From Girardia tigrina (lineage: Eukaryota): a stretch of DNA of 64,000 bases. Positions 40,301-53,280 of this stretch are shown one piece after another. The notes beneath the pieces are model-generated. The model was not told where the DNA came from, did not search any database, and worked only from the letters and a program-made list of their open reading frames with translations. The stretch is taken from the NCBI GenBank assembly GCA_001938485.1, contig MQRK01244371.1, positions 1 through 64,000 on the forward strand, read 5' to 3'. Each line of letters starts with the position of its first letter. The first letter of the stretch is position 1. A program made the translations under genes and the position numbers.

Positions 40301-43300
40301 ACAATGTTAATGGGAAAGAAGATCAATGCGAGCAAGAAGCAAGCTTTCTCTGAATACATCAGAGTGGATATACAGTGGCTCTTTGAGGATAGTGCATCAT
40401 ATGAAGACTTCATACACCACATTGTCCACAGAGACCCTACTGTAGAAAGATAGCAATACATCAAATCCTTAATAAGAAAAGGGAAGCAGAACAGAACAAG
40501 AGCCAATCTCCCGAAATTACTCAATGAGAGAGATAAACTCCTTCAATGTACGAGAGAAGGTTGCTTTAAGGAGTTCGCCGAACAAAGGAGCTGAATAGAC
40601 ATCTCAAGTGGAAGCACACGGAATCCACAGTAAGCATCCCGCTTCAGCTTCCACAAGATGAAAAAACCGTTCAAATATTCCAAATGCAGCAAAAGATACG
40701 AAAAACGAAAGGATGGTTCACGAGGCATCTGAGTAAAGATCATAGAATAGAAGTAAGGGAGAATATCAATCAAAATCCGATAGAATCATCAGCGCAATCC
40801 AACAGAAGAAGCGACAATCCAGACTGAGACGAAGAACCCACACTCATCCAAACGACCGACTTTCGCCAGCAACAGTCACCCCGACTATATCAACGGTGGT
40901 GGAGCAAACAACTTATCCCGAAGATACACATTTGTCTTTTAGTATCGCAGATCCAAATGCGAGGGGAGAGTTCAAATGTCCCTTTCGCGACCAATACAGT
41001 TAAATGGATGCTCAATCATGGTACCACAATCCATGATTCGTCGTTTGCAACAGGGAAGCCCAAGAAATTTCGGAGACTGAAGCACTCCGTCCCCGTAGGA
41101 GGCCTATCGGGGTCAGCTAGCACTCTTTAGTTTGGGTGGACCCTCTAAAGAGCCTAGTGGCTCAATACCATTCGAAAGAGATGGGAGGACCACATTGGAT
41201 AGACAAATATTCATCTCAAGACCGAGTTTAGTGAGCATTCACAATCAAATCGATCGGGTAAGTATATTGATCATTGGTTACACTGTAAAAATAAACTCTT
41301 CTGTTTCAAAAGATGAGTTTTCTGTTTTACAGAAAGGCTTTGATTCACACTATGAGCGGCAGTTTTGTGAATCATTATTAAGACACTACAACCAATTAAT
41401 AAACATTTAAAATGAACAAAGTAAACCTGTTTCATTTCTTAAAATCTTTAATTAAAATTTTAAAAGCATTTTGCTATTATTATCCAATAATATCTTAAAT
41501 TAAGATAAATAAATTTTCTATTTTAACCCGTTGACTACCGGAGACCCGTATATGGGTTTACGGCTTATAACTTTTGAACGAAGAGGAATTTTTAGTACGG
41601 TTTTTTTTCTAAATTTTACTATTAACATATCTCCAAAAAAATTCGGTAGTCAACGGGTTAAAATAACTTAATATCAAAATAACATTATTATTAGCCTTCA
41701 CCAGACTAAATAAAATATATATGTGTGTGTAATTTTATATATAATTTTATTTAAGACATTTAAAAGCTAAATATTCTTTTTTTAAATTAAAACTTAAATA
41801 AAATATTCTAAATAGAAATAATTTAGATAACATCTTATATTTACGGTAATATTTAAAATTTATTTTCAATATAAAGCCGAATTATTGGTAATGAAGTGTT
41901 AATAATTAGGCAAAATCAACTAAAGAAAAATGGAAATAATTTTTCTCTGGAACAATTAATTAGGTAACCAAAAATAAATTTATTTACTGTTCATAAAAAA
42001 AAGAGAGTAAATTTTCATAAGAAAATTTCGAAAATTAAAATTTTAATATATTAAATTTACCTGTGAAAAAATATAATATAAATAAATTTTGTAATAATAA
42101 AAATTGTAATACGTTAAAAATAAAATTTCACGTTATTACTTTAATTATAAAACAAGTTATAATTTTTTCATAAATAACGTAATTATCTACTTTTAAAATA
42201 TAATCATAGTACCTTTTTGGATGTTTTCATACATCAACCAATAGTAATTAATTTTTTTACAAATCGATTAGAATAAAATATAAAAAATGGTAATATAACA
42301 AAAATAAAATGTTAATAAATCACCAAATTTTTGATCAATAGACAATCTTGGTTTTATTTAATATTTCAAGTATAGAGGTAGTTTTAATTAGTTCGTTTTG
42401 TTTGTTTTTTACAGACTGCTTGTAGTGTCTTATTAACACAGATTCACAGAACTATCGTTTAGTGAATCGAAATCCTTTTGAAGAACAGAAAAATTCTCGT
42501 CTACTTTATCGTAAGGATTCTTAATGGAATAGATTAAGTAAGAATTTTGAACACTGGTCATGTCGTAAGAGTAGAATCTCATCAATTTCAAATTTGGTGT
42601 TTGGATAAACACAATTTTTACATTTTCTGCGGCGTTTTTAACTGTGAAGTCTTCGAGACAATTGTATAGTTATAGCTGCGATTATTTTTATAACAAAGCA
42701 TTTAATTCTTGTAGAACATTAAATGCTTAATGAAACTTGAGAAAGAAAGAAATTTGGATGTTGATGGCTTTTATGGACATAACAGATGCAAGAAAACAGC
42801 TCTTTTCAAGTGGATCAAGTATTTCAGTGATTGCCTTGAAAATTGCATGGAAAATTTAAGAACAAAACGACCGCAGACTTTTATTGTTGACGAAAATAGC
42901 AAACCTATATAGTCACTTGAATAACTGATGATGAACTAACTTTAGAAAAATTTTTAATGCTCATATTTCAAAAAACATTTTGGATTGCTGAAATTGTGAG
43001 CCAAAATTAGTCTAAAGTTGCTGATAAATGACCAAAAGTAAAGAGAATCAAATGCTGCACCAACTGAAAAAACTGCTCTCAAAATCCCGTTGCTCTTGAA
43101 AGTATTCTCAAAGGTGATGGACATTGAACTGAAATCACGGAGCAGAGAAAAGAAAGAAGATGAACCACTGTCAAACTGTCAAAAAACCAATCATAAATAA
43201 AATTTTTGCTGTTTGATTTTATTTGAGACATTCATTGTGCAGTATATTATGAATTTCTCATGGAGAATAAAAAATGAATGCTGTATTCTATCTGGAAGTT

Positions 43301-46300
43301 CTCAAGCGGTTGAAGATCATGCGACAAAATTTACATAATGGCGATGGATGCATTTTGCATCACCAAAAAGCGCTCGTTCATTCTGCAGTCCTGTATCGTG
43401 AATTTCGGTCGGTAATGCAATCACAGCGAAGGACCCCACTCATTATTAGAAAGAGTTATCTCTATGTAATTTCTTTTTAAATGCATGACTCTAGAAGAGA
43501 TTGATTTCATTGGATATTTCAAACAAATTGGACAAGTAAAATGATACAAGTGGATAATATTTTTAATTTGATATCATTGATTTACATGTTATTTTATGAA
43601 GTAATTTTATGTGATCTTAGTTTTCATATTTATTGCAATTTGAATTAATTTATAATTGATGATGATGATGTAAGAAAACAAAGAAACATGTTTTATAATA
43701 AAAAATGTTTTAATTAAGTTACGTTCGGTGATAACAATTCATTTTTGAAATTTACAAATTTTCAAAAAATTTAAACCTTTAATAAATCATACATGAACTT
43801 TTGTGGATTTAATAAATAAATGTAACTAACTAAAAGTTAAAATTTTATTAAAGTCTTTAAGTATTCTCTAAATCCTTGTTCACAATGATGACATAGTTTT
43901 CCTATTTATTGTCTTACCAGTCAAATTTAACTCTAAATTAAATTTTATTAAAAAATTTAGCAAAAAATAATCATTACACAAATTTTATATATTTATTGCA
44001 AAAATATATATTTTTCAACAATAGCAAAAAATGATTAAACAATTTGATTTAAAAATCCGTTTTCAAGTGTAAGGGCTAAAAATCAAATTGTTACACATTG
44101 TCTGAAGAAACTTAAAAATATGTTCTACCTTGACATTTTGGAGGACATTTAAGATAAAGTAAAATTACGCAAGTTCAAACAAGCACTAATTTTATTTGTC
44201 AAATGATTTTTCTCTAAAAATTAAAGTATATTGTTTTTATCAAACCAGTTTATGTTTTCATAATCTATTGGAAATCAATTAGACTAATTTAAAAAAATAA
44301 AAAAATTATAAATAGAAGATCAAAGACAAAGTAAACAAATAAATAGTAAAAAGAAGCAGTCACGATGAGACCAAAAGAAAGAGACAGATGAGTCATAACA
44401 GTTCTCTCGGCACAGACACACACGTACAGATACACACATACACCAGTAGACACAAACACAGACACACGACTCTCACTTTAATTAATTTCTAATGAGTGAT
44501 TATTAGTTCATGAAGCGTCACACTGTTGTTACATCAATCATCAATTTAATCAATTTTATTGATTTTATTAAATGATGCATTTAGATCAAATTGGTTTTTT
44601 ATTCTTTGAAATCTCGGAATTGATTTGTCGTCGTTACTATTTTTCGGGCGTACCGAATTCATTTAATCTTATACTTTGTTATAATTTTCTAACAAAGTCA
44701 TCATTTTTGTCATCTGTTATTACCTTTTATCTCATGAGCTTTCATCTATTTGTAGATATTTTATTGACTCTATTCGAATTGATTAATTTAAATATGTAAT
44801 TTTCATTTCAATTTTGTCTCGATGCACTTGAATCTATAGAACCACAACAAATTCAATCAATGATAATTGCATTATCTGTTTCAAGACGACTTTTTCTACA
44901 AACATCAGAAAGTGGAATAGTAAGTTATTGAACGAAGGAACAATCTGGCGATAACATGCAACTAGACGTACGTAGTATGACTGCAGCATGATCATAGCGT
45001 GATCGAAATAGTAAAAGACGGAATGAGTTGAATATATCCCCTGGTAAACGCATTTGAAAAGTTCAGTCTTTTGTAAAAATCTCTTGGGATTTTTCTAAGA
45101 TGATAATTTATTTTATTTCCATAAATATTAATTGTGATATTATATCATTTTAAAATACAAAGAAAAAGTATTTATTACACATTCCGTTTGAATTTATTTT
45201 TAAAAATTAAATTTCAAATATACATAAATAAATTAATGCAATTAAAATATATTGTTTCAACAAATTGTAGATTTAATCATCATTAGAACAAAAATTATAA
45301 AAAAAGGTTATATCATCACAATATCATTGAAATACTGTCAAGTGTATTGTGAACGTTTAGTTTTCGGCCCAAAGAACCATACTCACTTATTATTTTGAAT
45401 TAAATTATAAACAAACATTTTTCCACAACTTATAATTTTAAAATAATACACAGAAAACCTTCGTTTATCAAGACATCTTTTGTTCAAAACATCCCTTATC
45501 CAGACAGCTATTTCTACTGATACTGAAATTATGGAAGTATCGCTTTTTGAATGATAAAATGTCGGTATATAGCGAAAATAGAATGGACATAATTGTTTGG
45601 ACATTATTGTCTGAACTCAGGGATTCGTTACAGGTAGTTTGAATCATTTCGAAGACATTGAAGTGTATGTTATGAATTACGTTTCATAATGCATGGGAAG
45701 GCAAAAATGAATCGCAAACACACGATGCAGTTGACACTATTGTAATGACTCTGGAACAATTGACATATAAAAATAAGATTACTTTGAAGGATATAAACAA
45801 ATGGTTATTATCGGATGATAATGTAGAAGACCAGAAACATATAGATCATTATCAGCAGTTAATGTAATGGATGATAAAGTGGAAGATGTGGAATTCAAAT
45901 TCGAACAGCCTGTGGAAATGCCTCAAACACAAGAGATCAACTGCTCAAAATATGCATTCAACAATGATGAAAGAATTGGTTCACGGAAATGTATAGGTCG
46001 AAATTGAAGATCCAAAAATAAATGATTTATAGAAGTAAAAGTTATTTTTTACACTAAAACTAAATTTTACAATGTATTTGCCACTTTTATTTTATTACAT
46101 ATGGTCTACTATTGATGAAAATACATATGAATGTATTAAATATAATTCGAATTTTTATGCTTTTTAGGGAGTTTATGACATACGAATGTTTCATTTATTC
46201 AAACAAGATTCAAAACAGAGTAATTTGGATAAAAGCGTTTTCTGTAATTTTTTGTTGATTAACGAAATTTTAATAGGTTTTTAAGAAATAATTAATTTTA

Positions 46301-49300
46301 TTTGAAATTAAAATTTGTTAACTTTGAAACACTTTAATTAATTACAAATTAATACAACAAATTTACACTTCAAATGGAAAATGAATCAATTTTAAATAAG
46401 GAAACAACATTTTGAAGATGATAATAGAATTGTGTACATATTTATGAAATGGTTTTAAAGAGTGTTTCTCGTTAATGTTTAAATAATTAACTAAAATATC
46501 AATTTAATTTAACCATTTATTATTAACAGCGTTTTTGCCATTTTCTAAAAGTATTAATATTACTCTCTTAACACTTTTTTTATTATAATCTTTTATTGTA
46601 AAGTGTTAGTAAATACAAGTATATAATTTTCAGTCAATCCTGATTTTTACAATTACATTTACAATTATTGTTCAAATAGAATTGTTAAAAAAATTATGTT
46701 ATAAGTGAAAACATGTAATAAATTGTTTCATCATTGTAAAATTAAATATCGGCTTCCTGTACATTATATGATTACGGATATCCACTATCTTATCATTTAT
46801 CACTAATATATACAAAGATTTAAAAGAAATATAAAATAATAAAAAATATTTATATACCAATCTGAAAGCCTTCCTATTATGCCATAAAGATTACAGTATA
46901 AATACTAAAATAATTAACATTACGATAAAAGGATTTGATACAATGTTAACCTTTTATAACCGAGTTCATATAAATTGAAATGTTCCAAAATAAAATTTAA
47001 GTCATTTTTTAATCCATATTAATTGTAATAGTATTACTTCATTGTATTTGATACTAAAATTATCAAATTCAATAATATAATATAAAGTAAAAATAATCAA
47101 AGGTGGTATCATCTGCAGTGCATTCAGTAAGTGCATAGACATTTCAAAACAAATATAGCAATACATACCTTTTAAGTGTTTTATGTAGTTATACGATTCT
47201 AACTTGTAAATTACCGCATTTATACACAAAAGTCAATCTGAGACAATAAACTAAATGTTAACCGTTTATCAAATTACTATCAGACATATTTGGATCTCAT
47301 TTAAGATGTGATACAATAAGTCCTAGATATACGCGCCCCATATGGAAAAGAATATGTATAGGTTATTATTGTTAATTATTATATATTTAAACTTATAAAG
47401 TAACCTATTTATTGAACTTCTAATTTTTTACATAGTCATGGCCGCGGTTGGGTACATCGGATCCCGTGCGATCTCCGAAGTTAAGCAACCAACGGCCGCG
47501 TAAGTACTTATAGGGGTGACCAATTAGGAATATGCAGAGCCATTGACTATTCAAGTCACAGGTCAGGCAAACATGTCTGGAACAGTTACCATGTAAACAT
47601 GTTCCATGGTCGATTGGTTGGTGATAAAACCGGCTCCATCACCCAGAGTAACCTGAGTGAAGAGAGTGCGGGGACACCCAACAGGATGAAAAACCAAAAT
47701 CATGAAAAAGGACGGGAAACCTTGCAGCTAACTGTCATTCAAACCTGAAGAGGAGATAGGCGCCACCAGGTTACTTACATACTGTGACACTCAAAAATAT
47801 GCAAAAACCAAACCACAAAAGGCATTTGCATAAATTAGGTACACATACGGCCAAACGGTTAAAGTCCAAAAATAATTTTTTACACTATGATTGTTCTGAT
47901 TAAAAATTTGTTTCGTGAGAATTCGAAAGTTTTCCAACAAAAATTATAATCCAAAAGAAAGATATTACAACATAAGCATGTTTGTTTAATAAAAAAAGAA
48001 GAATGAAAACTGACAAGGAATACTGGAAATTGTAAATTGCCAAAGTTTTACATAATTGTCGTCGATCATCTTAAGATTCAGTTAATCGAGTGTCTGTTCT
48101 TTATAATTTTTTGTAAATTAAAAAGTAATGAAATAACGTCAGGAAATACTTGGATTAGACCACAGATTTTATTAAACGTGACAAATGATCAAAATGGTTA
48201 ATAAGGAAAACATTAGTAGTGATACAAAAACAATTACAATAAAAAATATTATACAATGTTCTATACCACATATCAGATGGATGTTATTGTCTAATATATT
48301 TATAATAATATTATAATAACTCTAAACAAATAAAGCATATTAAAACATTATATTATTTTCCAAAAAATAAATCTCTTAATAATATTATTCATAATTAAAT
48401 AATATTAACGAATTCTAGCAATTTGCAAAGCTAACTTGTAATTTTACTATAAACTGCGACTAAAATATCCCAAAAATAGAACTTATTCAACTTATTTTTA
48501 GTTGTCATAGAGAGAAATTGAAAAATCTCCTTTCAAGTTTGAGATAATTTTAGAATTCATTTTGAGAAAAGATATCGGTTTTGATTTATAAAGGAGGCAA
48601 AATGATAATAGAATTGGTTTTGTAAAATTGATTAATAAGTAGGAGACAATTCACTAATTGCATGTTGAAAGAAAAAGTGATTTTCAACTCTTCTAAAAAC
48701 ATAAAGATTGTTTCGAAATATATTTTCGATGAAATAAAAATGAGTTGTATGTACTTAAGACTTGCATTTGATCAAGTTTTAAGATACACCATTGATCGTC
48801 TGTTTTTGCTGTTTTTTATGAAATGTCTCATAGTATGGAATAAGAAGACCAATAATATTAATCTATAATTGGAAATAAATAAAAATATTTTTTTCTGTAA
48901 GAAATAATACCTGAAACGAAAGGTACATGATTACGAATTGTTAACATGCAAAACTCCCATAATTGTGTGGCATGATGAATAAAATATCATCGAGTTATGT
49001 AACCGAAGAGATAAAGATAAAGGAGATTACACAAATAAAAAAAACAAATTCCAATGATACAAGAAGACAAATTTAACATTAAATAACGAATTAATTTGTT
49101 AGTTTGATAAACTAAATAACAAAGCAGATGTAAAGCGAATAATAAATCAAAAAATATAATCGTTTGGTTAATATTAGATAAAAAGATAAATTTCAAATAA
49201 AATAAAGGTTCGACAAACCGTTTTTCGTATATCAAAGATAAATAATTTTAGTATCAACGAATTGTTTTTAATTGATACATTTATCTTTGATAATCGAATA

Positions 49301-51744
49301 CCAAATAACAGTGGTGTTCACTTACCTTTTGAAAGATACTTGATGAGGTTTGATCTTTATCGGCTGTGCAGCTGAACTATTAGTGAAAATTTATAAATAT
49401 CAGATACGTTCCGGATTATTTAGTGTTTAATATGAATGAATTGTTTATAATCAGAGGTGTTCAACACTTCGATCAAGAAGAATATTCTAGTCAAATGTGA
49501 CGATGTTTTAAATAAAGTTTAACCTATTTTAGATAATTTATTTCAATTACCGCATAAAAATTAGAATGATTTCAAATGATTACTTTTATTAAAAAATCAG
49601 AGTGCATTCTCATTTATTTGAAACATTTAAGAAATTTATTTTAAATATTTAGTATTATAAAAAATCGATTAATTAAAATTTGAAGACAAATTTATATTTA
49701 GTCTGAAATAATTTCATATTAAATAAAATAAAACTTGAAATAAACATAAGCAAATAAATATTTGTAGCACAAAATGTATATATTAGTTACTTATATTAAA
49801 AACATTTAACCTCCTCAAATTATTTGCATATTTGTTATTGTTCCGACAGTCAACGTTCAAACGACTTTATGCAAAACATATCCGTAATTATACCAAGACT
49901 CTCGGACGAAAACCTGATGTTAACCTAAAAAAATACCGCATATCTATTGATTCAACTATGTATTGATCCGTGTGTATATATGTAGGTTTCTATCTTTTAG
50001 CAACATTAACTTTATCAAACATAATTTATCTTGATTTAATTCTTATACAGCTAAACGAAAATTCTTAGAAATAATTTTGAAATAATTGTAAAAAACTACA
50101 TGAAAGAGTAAAAGTACTATTTCTAAAGTGACAGCAAAAGACCAAGTCTCCATAGAAAATGTTAAAACAAAAATCAAAATTGCAAAAGTAGTATTTCCAC
50201 AAATAATATATATTTAAATAATATACATATAATACAAATAATACATATTTTAGTATCATCTATCTTTTTCATGATGATAATTTTGTTTAGAAATTATGTT
50301 ATATTTTTCTGTTTGTAAAACAAAAAAGTAAAGAATATTAATATTAATTATTAAAAAAATCAAGATAGTAATTAATTATCGTATTAAAAAATGATTATAA
50401 AAGATCGTTACGAATAATTTTGTCAACGCTTCCATGTAAATATAAAAATAGTTTGAAGGGGAACAATTGTTAACAATTATAACCTTAGATTATTATTATT
50501 TAATTCTTCAGGCTTGTCAATCAACAGACATCTCAACTTATCTTAATTCACACGAAATCAATCATGTATTCAATCAAGGTTAATTAACATTTCTTTCGTT
50601 TACCAGTTTTTTTGAAATATAGTTATATTTTACCTTGTTAAATCGTCTATTTCTTTATATTTTTATTTAAACCGATTATTAAGTTACATTAATATTTAAT
50701 TTGATTTTTAAACTATATTACAAAAACAAAAACTTCCATAAAAAGCAAAAAAAGTATTTCAAATGAATATTATATTTGAAAATGAAATATACTGAATTGA
50801 AAAAGGAGAAAGAAAGTATAAAAAGTAAGTAAAAGTAATAGAAAAAATCTTTCAAATTTCCTTTCCTTCTCTAAAATTCTTTAAAGTATATTTAATATCA
50901 ATGACTTAACTATTGAAATAATTTTTGTTGATTGCAATTCATGAATATACAATTTATTTTGATTTGATGAGGTAAATTGAATAAAACAAAATAGACCGGA
51001 AACATAATTTGGTATTCAGAACTTTAATTACAATTTAAGAAATTAATTTCAGATTCAATCGAATAATGTCAGATTATTAATTTATATGATTGTAATTATT
51101 AATCTATTGTAATTGTTAATAAAATTTGTTATTTAAAGATTTAAAAAATTGTTTGTATTAATACTTTTCAATAAATAAATATTAATATTTTTAAATAAAA
51201 AAAACTATTAGGCTTGAAACGTCACATTTTACGTGTATATTATTTAATTTAGACAAAATACATTCTCATTCGTGTTACCTTACCGTGAGAAAAGTTTGTT
51301 TTCAGTGTCGATTATCAATAAAAATAAACGGTTGAACATCACTGATTTATAATATTCTTTTTTATGCACAAAAAAACAATAACATTTAAGCGTGATTTAA
51401 AGAAAATATTTCATGAAAGAGCGATGAAATATCCAATAAGAAAAAAAAATATTTTCTCATAAGTTATTTTAAAAAATTTCAAAAAAATAATAATAATAAT
51501 TTGAAAATTTTCAAAAAAAATACTAAATCAAATAATTTTTATTTATTCTTAAATTTCATTGAAAAACACATTTAAAATTAAATTAAATAATCAAATTAAA
51601 AATTTAGAAAATTGAATGAATTATGTAATGGATTACTTTGGCTAACATATTAAACAGAGACTTCGACTTCAACGGAGGAGACTTTTTCAATACACCTTCA
51701 TAAATCACTTGATTACAAGTCGCATCGAAATACATTTTGGACAT
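31373..51744 (-). CDS. GAB/DOS/PLEKHS1-type PH-domain adaptor gene. Exons 51744-51637, 38198-38093, 37955-37755, 37705-37602, possibly 36748-36710, and 31540-31373; 3' end uncertain
   Basis: Phase-consistent GT-AG splicing gives MSKMYFDATCNQVIYEGVLKKSPPLKSKSLFNMLAK|RWRKRYFVLFKSLDKPDDIHFLYFKNKPSPETRSLG|NINMENF...RVYYLSANSLELMHVWVDKIVDCL. This is an N-terminal PH domain with the GAB-family G.L.KSPP signature, followed by Pro/Ser-rich sequence containing YYNM. The first four exons are well supported; the later ones less so. Confidence 0.85.
32900..34080 (-). mobile_element. Possible decayed hAT transposase remnant
   Basis: Coding-like composition and a faint C-terminal ER..F-like motif (TTERNVF) near 33150-33172. 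No intact frame. Confidence 0.25.
36778..37429 (-). mobile_element. Internally deleted rosa/DD41D (Visitor-type) Tc1/mariner element, 652 bp, in an intron of the PH gene
   Basis: ~60-bp TIRs AAGGGTGTCCCAAAATTCAC..., with TA flanks. WFQSDSATCHTS...FPGRVISRFGDQNWPPISCD*TPLDFFLWG has 41 residues between the last two Asp. Confidence 0.93.
38930..41265 (+). mobile_element. 5'-truncated RTE-clade LINE (RT plus C-terminal zinc-finger-like region), disrupted
   Basis: DPNNYRGIFLL, QFGFQTGRGT, FIDLEKAFDSVPH, VRQG*VLGPLLFNIVID, LAYADDL, YYSCESW. Degenerate C2H2-like motifs at 40540-41010. Ends near GGTAAGTA. Confidence 0.9.
41527..41657. mobile_element. piggyBac-type MITE (131 bp)
   Basis: TTAA|CCCGTTGACTACCG ... 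CGGTAGTCAACGGG|TTAA, with a perfect 14-bp TIR. Confidence 0.88.
42720..43500 (+). mobile_element. Degenerate mariner transposase remnant
   Basis: KTALFKWIKYF..ENLRTKRPQT (HTH region) and MNAVFYLEVLKRL..CILHHQKALVHSA (decayed HDNA motif). Confidence 0.7.
44590..45100 (-). mobile_element. Possible very old LINE RT remnant
   Basis: The minus strand reads GTACGTCTAGTTGCATGTTATCGCCA, resembling a frameshifted GVRQGCMLSP. Confidence 0.3.
45451..46244. mobile_element. Probable pogo/Tigger-type non-autonomous element
   Basis: Imperfect TIRs CAGAAAACCTTCGTTTATC and GATAAAAGCGTTTTCTG|TA. Confidence 0.45.
47432..47550 (+). ncRNA. 5S rRNA-derived sequence (pseudogene or SINE3-type head)
   Basis: GATCCCGTGCGATCTCCGAAGTTAAGC, GGCC..GTAAGTACTT, GGGTGACC and GGAATA match the eukaryotic 5S consensus. 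Terminal helix ATAGTCATGGC/GCCATTGACTAT. Short deletion near the 5' end and no oligo-T terminator. Confidence 0.88.
49236..49514 (+). repeat. Dispersed ~280-bp repeat, copy 2
   Basis: Near-identical to 21902-22180. Confidence 0.92.
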
Positions 51745-53024
51745 TTCTAAAATTTAAATTAACGATATTTAATTAAAATCAAAATTTACTTTTGATAAAA
51801 ATAGGAGATATTTTTTAAATGAAATTATTTATCTTAGAATGATTTCGATTGATCGTATATTATTGATAGATCTCTTTGTAAAATCAATAACATAGGTCAA
51901 TCAATTCAAATAACTTAAACACTTTAAAATTCTACAGCAAGAAATGCTAATTTTGATTCATTTAAACGAATTACAAAGAAAGAAATATATTATTTAACTT
52001 TCAAAATAATAAATTTGCTTTATTAATCAAAAATATAATGTCAAATAATAAATTAGGTTTTTTCTTTAAAAAATATTCAATTGGAATTACAAAAATTTTC
52101 AATTAATCAATTATTTAATTTAAAGTGTTTTTAGTATTAATATTCAATTAAAAATTTTTGTAAAAACAAAATTAAACAAAAATTTATTTTCATTTAATGC
52201 AATATAAAGTTGGTCTGAAATAAAAATGTAAATTGTAACTTTTCTTCGTTAAACAAAACATATAATTTACGAGACATCTTGCTCCTTCGATTGTGTGGAA
52301 AACATCAAAAGCTATACTGTCATACAGTATATTGAATCGTATATTCTGCATAGAATATAAACCATACCATATACAGGTCTGTCAAGAAAGTTTTGACCGA
52401 TGGTTTTCTATAAGTATCTAGTGAATGCATTGATAAATGTATATGATATTTACAGTATAAATAACATATACATATGTGAATGATTTTATCAAATATAATT
52501 CAAAAATAATCCTTTTTATTGTAATTATATTTGTTTATTTTTAAACTACTTTTTTAAATTTATTATAATTTCATAATTTATTTTATATCCAATTTTTTAT
52601 AAAAAGTTGACTTCATTGACACAAAACAAAAAATTGACTTTTATTGACCTTAAATTTTTTTTCCTGGATAGATTTTACAAAATTGATAAAAGTACCGTGT
52701 ATCTTGTGCAATTTTGATTTCCATAAAAAAGTTGAATTTATTGACTATCTGGGGCCCTGATGATAACAGTTAACCGTACTTTATGATATTAACAAAGTAA
52801 TTTTACTCCGTTTATACAGTTGCTTTCATGATGGGGTAATTCCGGTGTGTGTGGTACTTACTCTCTACAGATTATTTGCTAAATAAACCTTTTTAATTAA
52901 ATTCATCCTTTCTTAACTCATATCTCCATTCTTTTCATAACCTTATATATCTTCTCTCTATTTCTTGATTAGGCAACAATAGCCAATTTTTTCTATATTC
53001 GGCCATATGACTGAATACCAAAAT

Positions 53025-53280
53025 GTCACGACCCCTTCGAGCAATAACATTTTTGAACGCTCATGAGCCTCCAGTGGTTGTTAAGGGTCAACAACGACCC
53101 GGTATATTTTACATTTATTTTAATGGATTTATTTTGTTAGGCGGTCGGACGAATCTCCCTCACCTGACATCTAACAAGTAGTGCCAAGTTTGGAGTGCCT
53201 TCTGGTTTCTGTAAAGTTGGGAACGAGCTGTTGGCCCCTAACTAGTTTAGTGTCACTCTGGGATGATTTTTAATGGTATT
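53025..53280 (+). repeat. Diverged inverted repeat, arm A (partner 56985-57255)
   Basis: GAGCCTCCAGTGGTTGTTAAGGGTCAACAACGACCC vs reverse complement GAGCCCCCAGTGGCTATTAAGGGTCAGCCACAACCC. A second block GGACG..ACATCT..AGTGC..GAGCT..GGCCCC..GGGATGAT is also colinear. Confidence 0.75.

Noticed and set aside
47432-47550. Functional 5S rRNA gene
   Set aside because: 5' deletion, altered C-box, no T-run terminator and no tandem array.
47714-47760. GAAAC...GTC...CTGAAGAG in the body of the 5S-headed element as a type II hammerhead
   Set aside because: The required stems do not pair.
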